Shown: positions 17,963 to 20,000 of the stretch, one piece after another
Layout of the letters: the number at the start of each line of letters is the position of its first letter
Position numbering within the stretch: the first letter of the stretch is position 1
NCBI GenBank assembly: GCA_043809585.1
Contig: JBDROZ010000025.1
Span: 51,417-71,416 of the forward strand
Reading direction: 5' to 3'
Source of the DNA: Candidatus Eiseniibacteriota bacterium
Lineage (GTDB): Bacteria; Orphanbacterota; Orphanbacteria; Orphanbacterales; Orphanbacteraceae
DNA: 20,000 nucleotides
Program-made: the position numbers and the translations under genes
The notes under the pieces: generated by a model
Seen by the model: only the letters and a program-made list of their open reading frames with translations
Databases searched by the model: none
Told to the model about the DNA's origin: nothing

Positions 17963-19690
17963 ATGTCGATCCGCCTCTCCCGACTCCGCCGCTTCCCCTT
18001 CACCCTCCTCGCCCTCCCCTTCCTCCTCTCCTGCGGCGGAAGGCCGGCGGCGCCGAACATCCTGCTCGTCGTGATCGACACGATGCGGGCGGACCATCTC
18101 GGCTGCTACGGTTACGGCCGGCCGACGAGCCCCGCCATCGACCGGATCGCCGCGGAGGGGGTGCGTTACGAAAACGCCTACACGTCCGCCCCCTGGACCC
18201 TCCCCGCCGTCGCCTCCCTCATGACCGGAACGAGACCGTGGGAGCACGGCGCCGTGAACGACTACCTCGCCCCCCGGCCGGACCTCTCGACCCTCGGCGG
18301 TCTTCTCGGGGAGGCGGGCTACGAGACGGCCGCCTTCGTGAGCCACATCTACACCTCCCGCGTCTACGGCTTCGACGCCGGCTTCGACCGGTTCGAGGAT
18401 TTCCGCATCGCCGAGGGGTACGTCTTCGATCAGGGGCTCGAGCCGCGGGCGGAAAGGGTGATCGGCGAGGCGGTCCGCTGGCTCGAGGGGCGGGACCGGT
18501 CGAAGCCGTTCTTCCTCTGGATCCACCTTTTCGACCCCCACTGGGAGTACGGCGCCCCCGAGCCGTACCGGGCCATGTTCGACCCCGATTACGACGGCCC
18601 CGTGGACGGGACGTATCGCACCATCGAGCGGTATCTCGAGCACGACTCCCTGATGGCGCCCCGGGACCTCGAACATCTGATCGCCCTTTACGACGGCGAG
18701 GTCCGGTACGCCGACGCGTGGATCGACACCCTCGTCCGCCGCCTGGAGAAGTCGGGCGATTGGGGGCGCACGGTCGCGGTGGTGACCGGCGATCACGGCG
18801 AGGAGTTCCAGGAGCATCGCTCCCTCGGGCACTCGTTCACCTTCTACGACGAGGTGCTCCGGGTCCCCCTCGTCTTCCGGGACCCGGAAGGCCCGGCGGG
18901 GGCGGAGCTCCGGACGCCGGTCGGGCTGGTCGACATCTTCCCCACCCTTCTCTCCCGGGCGGGGGCTCCTTCGCCGGAGGGGATCTCCGGCCGGGAGCTG
19001 CCGGCGAATGAAGATCTCAGGTCCCGTCATCTCGCCGCCGGCACCACCCGGGAGGGGCAGTACGGTCGCGCCCTCGTGGAGGGCCGCCGGAAGATCGTCT
19101 GGGACCGGGAAGGAACCCGACTCTATCATCGCGGCTCCGACCCGGCGGAGACCGTCGACCTTCTCGCCGGGGGGGCGGAGTTCCCGGAACTGATGGACGC
19201 CCTCTTCCCCGCGCCGTCCGACACCGGATGGGTCATCGCGTGGGACGCCTGCGGGCGAGGTCCGCGGGAGTGGGCGGGGGCCGTGGAGGCTTCGGGCATC
19301 GTGGTCGAGGTCCTCCCCCTCCGTGGGGCGGAGATCGCCGTGGAGGCGGCGAACAACCGGGGCTTCCGCTTCGTCTCGCGCGCCGCGGGGAGCGGCGGCC
19401 TCCGGTTCCGCACGGTCCCCCCGGACGGGCCGGTCCGGTTCTCCCTGACCATCGACGGCCGGCCCGGGAAGGGCTCGATCGCCGTCGGGCGGGAAGGCTT
19501 CGCCCCTCCCGCGCCTTCCTTCGGCCTCGACCCGGCCTCGTCGCCGGCGGGGACCTTCGCCATGCCGGACCTTTCCCCTCCCTTCGACGGCTACCGAGTC
19601 TGGAAGGGGAGCGATCCGCCCCCGCCCCCCCGGATCGATCTGACGGCCGAGGAGGAGGCCCGCCTCCGGGCCCTCGGCTACGTGCGCTGA
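17963..19690 (+). CDS. Sulfatase-like hydrolase/transferase (alkaline phosphatase superfamily), probable lipoprotein
   Basis: ATG 17963 with GAGGA SD and lipobox LLSC. PNILLVVIDTMRADH, WTLPAVASLMTG, HLFDPH, YDGEV, TGDHGEEF, LVDIFPT and terminal LRALGYV. Confidence 0.9.
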   Translation: MSIRLSRLRRFPFTLLALPFLLSCGGRPAAPNILLVVIDTMRADHLGCYGYGRPTSPAIDRIAAEGVRYENAYTSAPWTLPAVASLMTGTRPWEHGAVNDYLAPRPDLSTLGGLLGEAGYETAAFVSHIYTSRVYGFDAGFDRFEDFRIAEGYVFDQGLEPRAERVIGEAVRWLEGRDRSKPFFLWIHLFDPHWEYGAPEPYRAMFDPDYDGPVDGTYRTIERYLEHDSLMAPRDLEHLIALYDGEVRYADAWIDTLVRRLEKSGDWGRTVAVVTGDHGEEFQEHRSLGHSFTFYDEVLRVPLVFRDPEGPAGAELRTPVGLVDIFPTLLSRAGAPSPEGISGRELPANEDLRSRHLAAGTTREGQYGRALVEGRRKIVWDREGTRLYHRGSDPAETVDLLAGGAEFPELMDALFPAPSDTGWVIAWDACGRGPREWAGAVEASGIVVEVLPLRGAEIAVEAANNRGFRFVSRAAGSGGLRFRTVPPDGPVRFSLTIDGRPGKGSIAVGREGFAPPAPSFGLDPASSPAGTFAMPDLSPPFDGYRVWKGSDPPPPPRIDLTAEEEARLRALGYVR

Positions 19691-19963
19691 GCCCCCCCCG
19701 GCGTTTCCTCCTGCTGACGAGGATCCGCCAGGATCTCCGCATTCAACATTGATCCTTAATTACTGCAATAACTTATCCGGTTCTTCTCGGCCGGATTCGA
19801 CGGAACGCCCCCCTCCGGCGCCTCCGGGCGGAAGTGAGAATCTGTAAACACGCCTCCATCTAGCCTGGATTATGCATGAATCTCCGTCACGAGGGCTCGG
19901 ATCGCCTGACGAGAAGCCGACTTGGACGAGCCGCCACCGGAGGCAGGGACCCGTCGGGCAGTT

Positions 19964-19995
19964 GGGCTTATCGCGCCCATCGAAGCGATAAGCCC
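19964..19995. other. Hairpin with 11-bp perfect stem near the window end
   Basis: GGGCTTATCGC (19964-19974) and GCGATAAGCCC (19985-19995); no U-tract visible and the context is truncated. Confidence 0.5.
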
Positions 19996-20000
19996 TAGTG

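Noticed and set aside
19691-20000. Possible ncRNA, small ORF or second MITE end (TAGCCTGGA at 19861 resembles TACCCTGGA)
   Set aside because: Similarity is limited to 8 of 9 nt, no tRNA, tmRNA or SRP features were recognised, and the context is truncated by the window edge.

Overview
GC-rich bacterial chromosomal window. Two secreted proteins with FlgD-Ig/T9SS-like C-terminal domains suggest an FCB-group lineage such as Eisenbacteria, Krumholzibacteriota or Latescibacterota (inference). Genes from left to right: partial 7TM-HD phosphohydrolase, phoH and a FkbM-family methyltransferase (all minus); YyaL/SSP411 thioredoxin-domain protein (plus); a lower-GC secreted repeat protein (minus); vanZ-hisS-aspS and a group II PLP decarboxylase (minus); then, divergently, a 1559-aa C25/PorU-like peptidase and a Thr-type sulfatase-like lipoprotein (plus). 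The non-coding DNA is the most unusual part. (i) A 273-bp TA-bounded MITE-like element abuts the phoH promoter. (ii) Two mosaics of structured repeat modules (about 4998-5660 and 7760-8175) lie in inverted orientation and bracket the lower-GC gene like a transposase-less composite element. (iii) Three GGGGAC-led REP-like hairpins are dispersed across the window. No transposase, tRNA, rRNA or CRISPR array was seen.
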